NCBI GenBank assembly: GCA_964412775.1
Contig: CAYPPX010000001.1
Location: 65,122 to 129,121, forward strand
Direction: 5' to 3'
DNA from: an uncultured Pseudomonadales bacterium
Lineage (GTDB): Bacteria > Patescibacteriota > Microgenomatia > UBA1400 > PJMF01
Length of the DNA stretch: 64,000 bases
Part shown: positions 26,798-36,856 of the stretch, piece by piece
Layout: each line of letters begins with the position of its first letter
How positions within the stretch are numbered: position 1 is the stretch's first letter
Notes under the pieces: model-generated
The model's input: only the letters and a program-made list of their open reading frames with translations
Told to the model about the DNA's origin: nothing
The model's database searches: none
Made by a program: the position numbers and the translations under genes

Positions 26798-27703
26798 ATG
26801 TCTGGTTTGTTGACTGTCGCAATTGTCACTAAAAATAGGAAAGTTGAGTTAAATAATTGTTTATCTAGTTTGGTAGAGCAAAAAGTTTTACCAAATGAAG
26901 TATTAGTTATTGATAACGACCCAGCTAGATCTGCTCAGGAAGTTATTAAAAATGAACGGTTCAAGGTTCTTAATATTAAGTATCTGAATTCAAAAAAAAC
27001 AGTCCCTGGTTGTAGAAACTTAGCTTTGGCCAAAACTAAAACTAAGTTTTTAGCGTTTACTGACGATGATTGTGTTTTAACACCCAATTGGCTTGCTTCT
27101 GGTTTGAGTAAGATAAAAACACACAATTCAAGTTACGTTTTAGGCAACAGTTTATTGTTAAACAAGCAAAGTATTTTAGCTTCAGCTCAGTTTGCTAGAG
27201 AAAACTATTGGAGAAAAATTGGTTTAAAAAAAGACTCAACTGATCCTAGAGAAGTTTTTGATACCAAAAATGTAATCATCAACTTACAAAAAATAATCAA
27301 AAATAAATTGAAGTTTGATGAAAAGATTCAATTTGGAATATATGACACGGCTGACTTTGATTTTGGTTATCAACTAAAAGCTGCAGGTTTAACTGGTTGT
27401 TATGAAAAAGAAATGAAGCTCTATCATGCCGAAACGTCAGTATTTAGGTCTTTTGCTCAAAAAGCTTTTGCTAGAGGCAAGTTAATGAATATTTTGCAAC
27501 AGAAGTTTGAAATTAAAAAAGATTTTATCAATAAGCGTGATGTGATTTTGCTTTTGTGGATTTTCAGGTTAATTAAACATTTCAGAGGAGATTTTAAAAA
27601 GTACTCAAAACAGATTAGTGGTGGAACTTTTAAAAAATTATTGGTTATTTTAAGTATCAAAGTTTATGAGAGATTTTTTGCTCTTGGGTATTCAGCCTCA
27701 TGA
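26798..27703 (+). CDS. glycosyltransferase family 2
   Basis: 'VAIVTKNRKVELNNCLSSLVEQ', 'VIDNDPA', 'TDDDC' DxD region. Confidence 0.7.
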   Translation: MSGLLTVAIVTKNRKVELNNCLSSLVEQKVLPNEVLVIDNDPARSAQEVIKNERFKVLNIKYLNSKKTVPGCRNLALAKTKTKFLAFTDDDCVLTPNWLASGLSKIKTHNSSYVLGNSLLLNKQSILASAQFARENYWRKIGLKKDSTDPREVFDTKNVIINLQKIIKNKLKFDEKIQFGIYDTADFDFGYQLKAAGLTGCYEKEMKLYHAETSVFRSFAQKAFARGKLMNILQQKFEIKKDFINKRDVILLLWIFRLIKHFRGDFKKYSKQISGGTFKKLLVILSIKVYERFFALGYSAS

Positions 27704-29178
27704 TTGCTAGTTTAAAGAAAAATACTGACTGGTTGGCAATCGCGAGTACTGTTGTTTTTTTTATTTTAGTATTGATGTCACCATCAGTTAAAATTTATTT
27801 TTTAGTTAGTTTACTCTGGTTTTTATTTTTATCTTTTTTTTACTCTTTCCCCAAAGCCCTGGTTTATACAGTGCCACTTTTGATGTCTTTTAATGCTGGC
27901 CAAGAGTACTCTTTTCAAGTCATTGGTCCTAACGACTTAAAGTCTGTTCAGTACTGGAACGGGAAACATTTATTTTTTGTTTTGTCACCTCATATGTTTA
28001 TTTGTTTAGTTGGCTTAGTGTTGTTACCTTTCTTTTATAAGCAGAGTAAGTTTAAGCTCTTTTTTCATGAAACTATTTTTATTTTTATGTTTTTATCTTT
28101 TTTGTTTTCATCTCTTTGGTTCTCTCAAATACCATTTTTGAGTTTACTTTTTTATTTTAAAGAAAGTGTGGTGGTTGTTTGGCTGATTTATATTTTTCTT
28201 TTTAGCAAGAAAAATAAATCTGAGAAAGAAAAAATTGTGTTTACATTTATCATTTTGTTGACAATTAATTTACTTTTTGAGTCTGGTTTAGTAACTATTC
28301 AGTTGCTAAGAAACTCAACTATTGGTTTAGTGATTGAGAAAACCCAATTAATTCCAGTTTTTGGTCTTGGTGCCGATGAAGGTGGTGGGTTTAGACCTTT
28401 TGGTTGGTATCCACATGCTAATAGTTTAGCTAACAATCAATTAATTTTTACTTTTGCTATTTTATTTTTATCTACTTATTTAAAAAACAACTTTTTTAAT
28501 AAATTAAAAAAGTTTTTACTACCAGCAGTTATATTTATGGGTTTGTTTTCATCATTTGTTGCTTTGAGTAGATCAGCTATTTTGGCTATTTTTCTGGCAG
28601 TTTTAATCTTTGTAATTGTTGGTTTTAAAAAAGATGAGTTTTATTCATTTTTGAGTCTATCTAACAGAAATATAAAGAAACTCTCACCAATTTTTAAATT
28701 ACTAATTTTGTTAGTTGGTTCGTTTTTAATTTTAAAAATGGTTGGCAGAATGGTTAATAGTTCATTTATTTTTTCACCATCTGGTGGTTTATATACAAGA
28801 ACTGAACAGTTTAGTGAGGCATTAGAAGTTGTTAAAAATGTTCCTTTTTTTGGGGTAGGAGTGGGAATGTTTATTCCAGCGTCATTTAGTTATTTTCCAC
28901 TAGGACAGATGAGATACTTTCCAGAAGATGTTCATAATGGATTTTTATTGTTTTTAGTTGAAAGAGGTTTTGTTGGCTTATTATTGTTAGTTTTATTTTT
29001 ATTTTTACTCTTTAAAGAACTAGTTAATTTATTTAAGAATAAAAAAACCAGAGCCGTGATATACTCAGGTTTGATGGCTGGCTTTATCATAATGCTTTTC
29101 CATCCATTTATTAATATTTTTAGTTTTAGTGTATTGTTTTTATTGGTAATAATTCATTATGAAAAAGAAACTATTTAA
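27700..29178 (+). CDS. O-antigen ligase/polymerase-like (Wzy_C family) membrane protein
   Basis: About 10 or more TM helices with a larger external loop near the C-terminal half, 492 aa, glycan-cluster context. Confidence 0.45.
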   Translation: MIASLKKNTDWLAIASTVVFFILVLMSPSVKIYFLVSLLWFLFLSFFYSFPKALVYTVPLLMSFNAGQEYSFQVIGPNDLKSVQYWNGKHLFFVLSPHMFICLVGLVLLPFFYKQSKFKLFFHETIFIFMFLSFLFSSLWFSQIPFLSLLFYFKESVVVVWLIYIFLFSKKNKSEKEKIVFTFIILLTINLLFESGLVTIQLLRNSTIGLVIEKTQLIPVFGLGADEGGGFRPFGWYPHANSLANNQLIFTFAILFLSTYLKNNFFNKLKKFLLPAVIFMGLFSSFVALSRSAILAIFLAVLIFVIVGFKKDEFYSFLSLSNRNIKKLSPIFKLLILLVGSFLILKMVGRMVNSSFIFSPSGGLYTRTEQFSEALEVVKNVPFFGVGVGMFIPASFSYFPLGQMRYFPEDVHNGFLLFLVERGFVGLLLLVLFLFLLFKELVNLFKNKKTRAVIYSGLMAGFIIMLFHPFINIFSFSVLFLLVIIHYEKETI

Positions 29179-30034
29179 ACTAAAAAAACAGTTTTTAAAG
29201 AAAGTTAAAGAAGCGAGCATTATTGATCTTCTGGGAATTTTTTTAGTAGTTTTTTTAGTTGGTTCAGCCTACTTTTTTTTCAGTAGAAAAACAGAATACT
29301 TAGAAGTGACCATCAAACTTTTAAACTACGATGGGCCTGAATATACCTTTGGCCAGAATAAACCCAGAGCTTTATACGTTGAGAAAATCAAACCTGGTAA
29401 AAAACAAATTGATGGTATTGGTAGATCTTTATCAGAAATAGTTGATGTTTATGAGTATTCATCTCCAACAGTTTTAAATGATGTTTATGTTACCTTAAAA
29501 CTAAGAGCTTTGAAAAATAAAGTCTCTAACCAATATATATTTGATGGAACTCCTTTATTAATTCATGAAATTAGATCATTTAAAATTCAAGATTTACTAT
29601 TAACTGGTGAAATCGTTGATTTATCGGCTGAGCAAAGAACTTACAAGGAATTTGTGGCTAAATTGGAAATAGAGCCTGATTTTGGTGCTTATAATGTTAG
29701 CTCAGCTTTAATTGAAGGTGTTGAAAACTATGTAGCTGATTCACTTGAGCCAGGAATGGTGATTAGAGATAGCACTGGTAGAGAGTTAGTCAAAATTATA
29801 ACAATTGATAAAAAACCAGGAACCAGAAGTTTTGTTTCTGAAAATGGTTTTTATTCAGTCGAGGATCCAAATAGAAAAAGAGTTTTTTTAACGATTAAAG
29901 TATTGGGAGAAAAAATTAATAATGGTTATTTTTATAGAAAAGAAAGCCCATTACTATTAAATGAAAAGTTATATTTAACTTTTGATAATATTGCTTTTTT
30001 AGGTACTATTTTTTCAATTGAAGAGAGCAATTAA
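29159..30034 (+). CDS. hypothetical membrane-anchored protein
   Basis: Single N-terminal TM, 291 aa, overlaps neighbours at both ends (operon). Confidence 0.3.
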   Translation: MKKKLFKLKKQFLKKVKEASIIDLLGIFLVVFLVGSAYFFFSRKTEYLEVTIKLLNYDGPEYTFGQNKPRALYVEKIKPGKKQIDGIGRSLSEIVDVYEYSSPTVLNDVYVTLKLRALKNKVSNQYIFDGTPLLIHEIRSFKIQDLLLTGEIVDLSAEQRTYKEFVAKLEIEPDFGAYNVSSALIEGVENYVADSLEPGMVIRDSTGRELVKIITIDKKPGTRSFVSENGFYSVEDPNRKRVFLTIKVLGEKINNGYFYRKESPLLLNEKLYLTFDNIAFLGTIFSIEESN

Positions 30035-30039
30035 CTTAA

Positions 30040-30888
30040 ATGAAAAAATACCCCAAAATATCTATTGTTACACCGTCTTTTAATCAAGGAGAGTTTTTAG
30101 AAAAAACAATTCAATCGATTGTTGGTCAGAATTATCCCAATCTAGAATATGTAATTATTGATGGCGGTTCCACTGATGGTAGTCAAAAAATTATTAAAAA
30201 ATACCAAAAATATTTAAAGTACTGGGAAAGCAAAAAAGACAGAGGTCAATCTCATGCTATCAACAAGGGTTTTTCTAAAACTAATGGTGAAATTATGGCT
30301 TGGTTAAATAGTGATGATATGCTAATGCCAGGAGCTTTGCATTTAGTAGCTAGTATTTTTTCAAACTTTCAAGAGATTAAGTGGCTTACAAGTTTGCCTT
30401 CGACAATTAACGATCAAGGTTATCAGCTTTATTTGGCTCAACCACCTTTTTATGTTAGCAACTTTATTAAAAGGGGATGGTATACCAAAAAATTTATGGG
30501 TTTTGTGATGCAAGAAGGAACTTTTTGGCGAAGGAGTTTGTGGAAGAAGGCTGGTGGCAGATTGGCCGAGGTACCATATTCAATGGATTTAAAATTATGG
30601 CAAAGTTTTGCTCAGCACGCTCAACTTTATCCAGTTCAGGCTTGTTTGGCTTCATATCGTTTAAACCCTAACCGAAAAAATAATGATAATCATGCTAAAT
30701 ACTATCGAGAAATGAATGCAATTGTTCCAGAAAAAGTCAGTTTAGTTGGTAAAATTATTTGGAGGCAAATTGCCAAATTTGCTCACCACTTACATTTGGC
30801 TCCAATTATTTATTATGATCAACATAAACTAAAATGGTTTTTTAGAAAAAACTTATTTGAAACTAAACAATTTGAATTATTAGATTAA
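30040..30888 (+). CDS. glycosyltransferase family 2
   Basis: 'KISIVTPSFNQGEFLEKTIQSIVGQNYPNLEYVIIDGGSTDGS', 'WLNSDDML'. Confidence 0.8.
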   Translation: MKKYPKISIVTPSFNQGEFLEKTIQSIVGQNYPNLEYVIIDGGSTDGSQKIIKKYQKYLKYWESKKDRGQSHAINKGFSKTNGEIMAWLNSDDMLMPGALHLVASIFSNFQEIKWLTSLPSTINDQGYQLYLAQPPFYVSNFIKRGWYTKKFMGFVMQEGTFWRRSLWKKAGGRLAEVPYSMDLKLWQSFAQHAQLYPVQACLASYRLNPNRKNNDNHAKYYREMNAIVPEKVSLVGKIIWRQIAKFAHHLHLAPIIYYDQHKLKWFFRKNLFETKQFELLD

Positions 30889-30890
30889 CT

Positions 30891-32438
30891 TTACTCAGTT
30901 ATTTCAGTTTTCTCATTTAATAATTGCTTGGTAGTTAAAAAATTATAGATTTTTTTAGCTATTAATGTGTGACCGTAATCAGTGGGGTGTATAACATCCC
31001 ACCATAAAATTCCATTATCACTTAGTTGGTTCAAATGATTTTGCATATCTATGATTGGAATATTTTCATCAATTGCCGCTTTTTTCATTGCTTGTTGTCT
31101 GTTTGTATAATCTTTGTTGTCAAGTTGACTAAGTTCTATTGAGTTTGCTTCTATAACAAAAACTGTTTTGATATTTTTATCTTTATTTATAGTGGCAAAT
31201 TTTTTAAGGTTTTTTTCAAAAAAATTTTCATCAAAGTCGTTATATGACAGATTAATAATTACTAATTTTGGATTTAAACTTAACCAGTGGTTTTGATAAA
31301 GATCTAATAAAATGGTTGAATCTGCACCGGGAATTCCGGCATTAATAACTTGCCATTGGTCGTTACTACTATTGATCATATTTTCTAGTATTTTGGCGAA
31401 AGAAAATTCTAATTTACTAGATCCTTGTCCCCAGGTTTGAGAAGTTCCAATGATGATTAGGGTTTTTTTATTTTGGTCTAACTCTTTACTCATAACTTGT
31501 TGATCGATTTTTTCAACAATTTCTTTAAGTTGATGGTTTGAATCTAAGACATTTTTTTCTTGGTTGGCTGGGATAAAAGATTTAGTGCTTATTAAATTTT
31601 GAGTTTTACTTACGATTGCTGGAAGTTGGTTCTTAGCTAATGAAAATAAACAAATTAGTATAAATAGAAGGGAGGTATTAACTAAAATTAATTTAGTTGT
31701 TTTATTTTCATTATTAGTTATAAACGAAAAAATAATATTAATTAGTGAAATTATGGCAAAATAACTAAATACATTTGGGAAAAGATTTACTTTTGGTTTA
31801 AATTTATCAGTGAATTTTTTATTATTTGAACTAACATAAAAATTATCTATTGTTTGTTTTGCTAAGGAGCTTTTAAAGCCAACTTTAAAACTATCTTTTA
31901 GCTCAATATTATCAATGGTGATTTTTTCTTTATTTTTATTTAAAAATAAATCTATAGAATTTTTGTTAAAGTTTATTTTTAATTTATTCCAGCCATCATT
32001 TAAATTTAGGTTTAATTTTTCATTTTTAGTAAACTGGTTATTTGCGTATGATTCAATGTAGGTATTAGGAAACAGTTGGTTGTTACTTAACCTAATTGCT
32101 GAAAATCCAGAATTATCTTTATTAAAAATGAAATATATATAGGAGTCTTTGTCTAGTAAAAAATCAAAACTAACTTCTTGAAAACTATCCTCTTCTTTGT
32201 AAATTAATTCTTCAAAACCATGCACAGCAGCTAGCTGAAGTTTTTCTGTTGATAGTGCTTGAGGACTAACAAAAAATTCTGGACCACCAGTCGGGGTATT
32301 TTCTAAACCAATTTTACTAGATATCCAATTACCGTTTTTTTCAATTGTATTATTCATTGAAGCACCAATGAAACAGAGAATTATGGCAATGGTTGCAATC
32401 TCAAAAATAAGAAATAGTTTTAGAAAATTTGTTTTCAC
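30891..32438 (-). CDS. membrane-anchored SGNH/GDSL hydrolase-family protein
   Basis: N-terminal TM segments; C-terminal 'LIIIGTSQTWGQGSS' (GDS-like block I) and 'WDVIHPTDYGH' (DxxH block V). Confidence 0.55.
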   Translation of the reverse strand: MKTNFLKLFLIFEIATIAIILCFIGASMNNTIEKNGNWISSKIGLENTPTGGPEFFVSPQALSTEKLQLAAVHGFEELIYKEEDSFQEVSFDFLLDKDSYIYFIFNKDNSGFSAIRLSNNQLFPNTYIESYANNQFTKNEKLNLNLNDGWNKLKINFNKNSIDLFLNKNKEKITIDNIELKDSFKVGFKSSLAKQTIDNFYVSSNNKKFTDKFKPKVNLFPNVFSYFAIISLINIIFSFITNNENKTTKLILVNTSLLFILICLFSLAKNQLPAIVSKTQNLISTKSFIPANQEKNVLDSNHQLKEIVEKIDQQVMSKELDQNKKTLIIIGTSQTWGQGSSKLEFSFAKILENMINSSNDQWQVINAGIPGADSTILLDLYQNHWLSLNPKLVIINLSYNDFDENFFEKNLKKFATINKDKNIKTVFVIEANSIELSQLDNKDYTNRQQAMKKAAIDENIPIIDMQNHLNQLSDNGILWWDVIHPTDYGHTLIAKKIYNFLTTKQLLNEKTEITE

Positions 32439-33601
32439 TTTGCTTTACTTAAGTAGGTTTTTTCTAATTGTTGAGCTACACTCGTCCATGACAATTTGAT
32501 GGCTACTTTTCTAGCATTTTTACCAAGTGACTCTTGTAATAGCGTGTTGTTTAAAAAGTTGTTTGCGGTTTCGGCGAACTTTTTTGGATTTTCTGAAGCA
32601 AATATGCCGATTTTTTCTTGGTTGAGTAGTTTTTTAACTTCTCCAGTAGGATTTGCTAAGATTGGTCTGCCAGCAGCTAGGTAGTCACCTAATTTGTTTG
32701 GAAATTTTCCGAGATTAATTTCTTTGTTGGCAAATGGCATCATCATGATATCACCAGCAGATAAGTATAGACTTAGTTTTTCTCTGGATACAATTCCCGG
32801 ATGAATAATTTTTTTTAGTGCTTGAGGCTCATTTCTAAATTGATTGTAAAAATTCGGAATATTTGGTCCGAGCAGAAGTAAACTAACATTTTTATTAATT
32901 TTATTAAGTTCAATAAACATTTTGGCTAGCAATACTTCGTCATAGGTCCCAACATACAAATATACTAATAACTTGTTTTTAATTTTTAACTTTTTTTTAG
33001 CTATATTTTTATTTATTGGGTTAATGTCTTTAACATTACAACCAATTGGTAAAAATACTATGCCTTTTCTACCTTTTCTGATTTCTGTGGCTTTCTTTAC
33101 CAGATCATCACTAATTGGAGTGACATAGCTAGCAATTTTAATGATTAGTTGTTCTGTATAGTGATCTACTTTTGCAGTGACAAAACTTAATGGACCATTT
33201 CTTCTATCGGCAATACCACCTTTTCCCCATAAATCTGCCCAATCAACAAACCACTTAGTTTTTGAAATAAGTGATTTGACTAAACCGGGAATGGTTGCTG
33301 CTGGTCTATGATTAAAACTATGGAAAACATCACATTTAGTAAATAAAGTTACTATGGTTCTGAAAATAATATCCAATGGATCATAACCACCTTTTCTAAA
33401 ACGATAGGGGAAGATTCCAATTGATTCAATAATCTTTACATTTTCTTCATAAGATATCTTGGGTAATAAAGTTGCTTTTTTGGCACTTGTCCAAAGATCA
33501 ACATCATTTTTTAGTTCTGCTAAACCTTTTGCTAATGAAAGTGATCTTAAATAACTACCACCAATTTCTTTAGTTTCGTAAGTTGAAAAAATTATTTTCA
33601 T
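32435..33601 (-). CDS. glycosyltransferase family 4 (GT-B, group 1)
   Basis: C-terminal 'GDIMMMPFANKEINLGKFPNKLGDYLAAGRPILAN' E-x7-E-like region. Confidence 0.7.
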   Translation of the reverse strand: MKIIFSTYETKEIGGSYLRSLSLAKGLAELKNDVDLWTSAKKATLLPKISYEENVKIIESIGIFPYRFRKGGYDPLDIIFRTIVTLFTKCDVFHSFNHRPAATIPGLVKSLISKTKWFVDWADLWGKGGIADRRNGPLSFVTAKVDHYTEQLIIKIASYVTPISDDLVKKATEIRKGRKGIVFLPIGCNVKDINPINKNIAKKKLKIKNKLLVYLYVGTYDEVLLAKMFIELNKINKNVSLLLLGPNIPNFYNQFRNEPQALKKIIHPGIVSREKLSLYLSAGDIMMMPFANKEINLGKFPNKLGDYLAAGRPILANPTGEVKKLLNQEKIGIFASENPKKFAETANNFLNNTLLQESLGKNARKVAIKLSWTSVAQQLEKTYLSKAK

Positions 33602-33603
33602 TA

Positions 33604-34317
33604 TTATTTATTTATTCTAAGAGTTTTTAATATTAAGTATTTTGGAATAGTTAGTAGATATCTTTTCCAGAGTCTAGCTGGTTCTGAAATTAATCTAAAC
33701 AACCATTCTAAACCATTTTTTTGCATCCAAATTGGAGCTTGTTTCTTTTGTTTGCTTAAAAATTCAAAAGCTGCACCTACACAAAAGATGCTAACTTTTT
33801 TTGTTTGTTTTTTAATAAGTACTGCTAGTTCTATTTGTTTTGGAGAGCCAAGTCCAATCCACACAAATTTTGGTTTTTTATTTATTATATCTCTGATAAC
33901 TTCTTTCTCTTTTTTGTCAGAATCTGTTTTTTTAAGGCTAATAAACTCAAAGTTTTTACCATTTAGGTTTAATAAATTTTTTAGTTTTTTTAATGTTTCA
34001 TCATCTGGTCCAAGTAAGACGTTTTTTCCTTTACCTTCTTTGATAAGAGTTTTCATCAAATCTGGTCCGTAAACTCTTTCTATTTTTTGTTTTTTTTTAA
34101 AGTCAAGCCACTTTGTAATAAACATACTATCTGTTGTACAGATATCAACTTCTTTATATAGATTAGAAATTTTTTTATTTTGTGATTTTTGAGCAAGATC
34201 ATTAAGTGAGCAGGGGAGGAAAATAGTGCTTTTTTGAGGAGTAATTTTTTTAATTTTTGAAACTACTTGTGAAAAAGTTCCAACTAAAAAGTTTTGTCCA
34301 TCTATTTCTATAAACAT
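33604..34317 (-). CDS. WecB/TagA/CpsF-family glycosyltransferase (GT26)
   Basis: 'VYGPDLM', 'IGLGSPKQIE', 'QKNGLEWLFRLISEPARLWKRYL' signature of N-acetylmannosaminyltransferase-like enzymes. Confidence 0.75.
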   Translation of the reverse strand: MFIEIDGQNFLVGTFSQVVSKIKKITPQKSTIFLPCSLNDLAQKSQNKKISNLYKEVDICTTDSMFITKWLDFKKKQKIERVYGPDLMKTLIKEGKGKNVLLGPDDETLKKLKNLLNLNGKNFEFISLKKTDSDKKEKEVIRDIINKKPKFVWIGLGSPKQIELAVLIKKQTKKVSIFCVGAAFEFLSKQKKQAPIWMQKNGLEWLFRLISEPARLWKRYLLTIPKYLILKTLRINK

Positions 34318-34320
34318 ATA

Positions 34321-35430
34321 TTAGTTATTTTCTAAAATTTGTGATTTAAAGTTTTCAAAAAGTATATTACCAAAATATTCTTCTCCATTATCTGATAAAT
34401 GCCTAATACCTTTGTAAGCAGGATCTAAATCAGAAAATAGTGAGTTTTTATCATTGGTATCCAAAACTGCTTGATCATCATCTTTGTAATATTTAGTCAT
34501 ACTAATATAACTACTATTTTCCATTAAAATAGACTCCAACGTTTGGTGTTGTTTAATTGTCCAATCTTCACAGTTAATGCCATTAACAATAAAACATTCT
34601 AAAGGTGAAACAGTTGTGAACAAACTAAACTCTTTTTTTTGGCTTATTTTTTCCACATTTTTGATTGCTAGTGATATAAATTTTTTGTTGTAATCGTATA
34701 GTTCTTCTCCTTCAAAAGGGTTGATGGGCCAACTTCTAAGAATATCTTTATTTATTAATTTGTTTGAAAGGTAAAATCCAAGAGTTGAATCTATCAAGAA
34801 AGGTATTTTTTGGTTTAGATATCCAGCCCAAAAAGCAGAGTTATCCCAAGCTTTTTTTCGAATAATGGAGTCATTTTTCATGTCGTGAACAGAAAATTTT
34901 ATGTTATCTAAAAAATCGTTCCAGTAAAACTGCCAGAACACAATGTTTGGATTGATTGAATCTATTTTATCTTCCAGTATTGCTAATTGTTGGCTAGTCC
35001 CAACTCCGCCAGAGGATAAGTAAGTACTTTCAACACAGTAATTTAAAGTGTCTGAAAGCTTTTCTGAGAAAAAATCACCATAGCTTTTCTTTGAAAATGG
35101 TTTTGAGGAGTAAGAGTCACCTAGAAACAAAATTTTTAGACATGTTTCATTTTCTAGATTTGTTTTAGTTATTTTTGTTGAGTCTAGTACTATTTCATCC
35201 AATGGCTTGAACCTTTTCCAACAGTCTACATCTCCACTAAAACAACTTTGCCAAAAAACATAACGCTCATCATACGTTCCATAAAGTATTGTCCAGTCAT
35301 GAGCTGGTATCTCTTGATTTTGATAGTAAACAAACTTTAGGTAGAGATTTGTTCCAAAAATTACTAAAAAAAGGGTTAGAATTGACGAAACTGTAGCAAG
35401 TAATATTTTTTTTAAAAACTTTTTTTTCAT
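34321..35430 (-). CDS. SGNH/GDSL-like hydrolase family protein (membrane-anchored)
   Basis: N-terminal TM, 'KILFLGDSYS' block I. Confidence 0.4.
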   Translation of the reverse strand: MKKKFLKKILLATVSSILTLFLVIFGTNLYLKFVYYQNQEIPAHDWTILYGTYDERYVFWQSCFSGDVDCWKRFKPLDEIVLDSTKITKTNLENETCLKILFLGDSYSSKPFSKKSYGDFFSEKLSDTLNYCVESTYLSSGGVGTSQQLAILEDKIDSINPNIVFWQFYWNDFLDNIKFSVHDMKNDSIIRKKAWDNSAFWAGYLNQKIPFLIDSTLGFYLSNKLINKDILRSWPINPFEGEELYDYNKKFISLAIKNVEKISQKKEFSLFTTVSPLECFIVNGINCEDWTIKQHQTLESILMENSSYISMTKYYKDDDQAVLDTNDKNSLFSDLDPAYKGIRHLSDNGEEYFGNILFENFKSQILENN

Positions 35431-35501
35431 TAACTAAATTAGCTATTTAAACAAAAAAAGGTTAGAACCCTTATCTGGTCATATTATAGTACAATTTACT
35501 T

Positions 35502-36707
35502 ATGCTGAGTGAGAAATTTTGGCTTAAAAATAGGACTTTTTCTGGCGAATTATTAGCTTCACAAGTTAACTTTACAGCAACTTCTGGTTGGTTTAAAAAA
35601 TTAGTTTTAGTAATTTTTTCTTTGATATTTATTATTGGTATTTTTTTCTCTATAGAGCTTGTGTTCAGAAAATTTATTACAAAAGAACAAGTTATATTTT
35701 TTCCAACTTTTGAAAGTCTGACCCAACAAGAACTAGTAAACAACTCTTACAAAAAGGTTAATTACCACTATAAGCCATTTTTGTTGTGGGTAGCAAACTC
35801 TAACCAGGATAATGGTGTTATTAAAACAAACTCGCTTGGTTATAGAGATGAAGAGTTTGGTAAAAAGGAAAAAGAATCTATCAGAATAGTATTATTGGGA
35901 GGGTCCTCTGTTTGGGGACAAGGTTCAACAAGTAACGAAACAACAATTGCTGGTTATTTAGAAGAAATACTTAATAAGTATTTTACAGGAAAGAAAGTTG
36001 AAGTTTTAAATCTTGGTCAACCTGGATACGTATCAACTCAAGAGTTTTTAATGTGGAGAGAACTAGTTGATTATGAACCAGATCTTGTGATTCATTATGG
36101 AGTTTTTAATGATATTTATGCGGGAATGATTGGCCGGCCAAATAGTAATTTAGCTGGCATAAATGAACAGATTTTGACATCAGAAAAAATGGTTGTTGCG
36201 ACCTCACTTATCAAAGAAGAGTTTTACAATTTGCTCTCAAGAAGTAAAGCCTTTAATTACTTTGAATTTCAATTCAAGAAGAAATTTACTAAGGTAAATC
36301 TTGACCAAACAGATTTGACATCTTTAACTGAAGAAAACTTATTAGTTTCAATTAATGAGTATTTGAAAAATGTAAGTTTTATAGAAGAACTTTCTAAAAA
36401 AGAGGATATTCCAGTTTTATTTGTTTTTCAACCCTCTATATTTTTGGGTAAAAAAACTTTAACAGAAGAAGAAATTTTTGTTTTAGATAGTTTTGAAAAA
36501 AACTATCCCACAGCTAAAGAATTTTTTGAAAAATCATATAAACAATTACAAGAAAAATTTTTATTAAAAGACAATGTTATAGATGGTTCTGGTTTTTATG
36601 ATGAATATGAAAATAATCTTTACATTGATCATGTTCATACTTCAGATGAAGGCTATAAAATAGCTGCTGAAAAACTATTACCTTTTATTTTGAGCAAATT
36701 AAAATAA
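35502..36707 (+). CDS. SGNH/GDSL hydrolase family protein (membrane-anchored)
   Basis: N-terminal TM, 'IVLLGGSSVWGQGS' block I, 'DHVHTSDEG' block V. Confidence 0.55.
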   Translation: MLSEKFWLKNRTFSGELLASQVNFTATSGWFKKLVLVIFSLIFIIGIFFSIELVFRKFITKEQVIFFPTFESLTQQELVNNSYKKVNYHYKPFLLWVANSNQDNGVIKTNSLGYRDEEFGKKEKESIRIVLLGGSSVWGQGSTSNETTIAGYLEEILNKYFTGKKVEVLNLGQPGYVSTQEFLMWRELVDYEPDLVIHYGVFNDIYAGMIGRPNSNLAGINEQILTSEKMVVATSLIKEEFYNLLSRSKAFNYFEFQFKKKFTKVNLDQTDLTSLTEENLLVSINEYLKNVSFIEELSKKEDIPVLFVFQPSIFLGKKTLTEEEIFVLDSFEKNYPTAKEFFEKSYKQLQEKFLLKDNVIDGSGFYDEYENNLYIDHVHTSDEGYKIAAEKLLPFILSKLK

Positions 36708-36842
36708 AACGTAAATAAATGGTCCAACTGGTGATGCTTGGGTAAACACAACAAGCAAACCAAAAATTACTAAAATAATTACTGGTGGGATTAACCACCA
36801 TGATTTATTTTTCCATAAATAAGCAAAAAGTTGTTTAAACAT
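36699..36842 (-). CDS. small membrane protein, DUF5989-like (47 aa)
   Basis: Hand-translated: MFKQLFAYLWKNKSWWLIPPVIILVIFGLLVVFTQASPVGPFIYVLF; below the ORF-track size cut-off; this matches my recollection of a tiny-protein family that accompanies NodU/CmcH carbamoyltransferases. Confidence 0.45.
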   Translation of the reverse strand: MFKQLFAYLWKNKSWWLIPPVIILVIFGLLVVFTQASPVGPFIYVLF

Positions 36843-36856
36843 ATTTAAATTTTATT

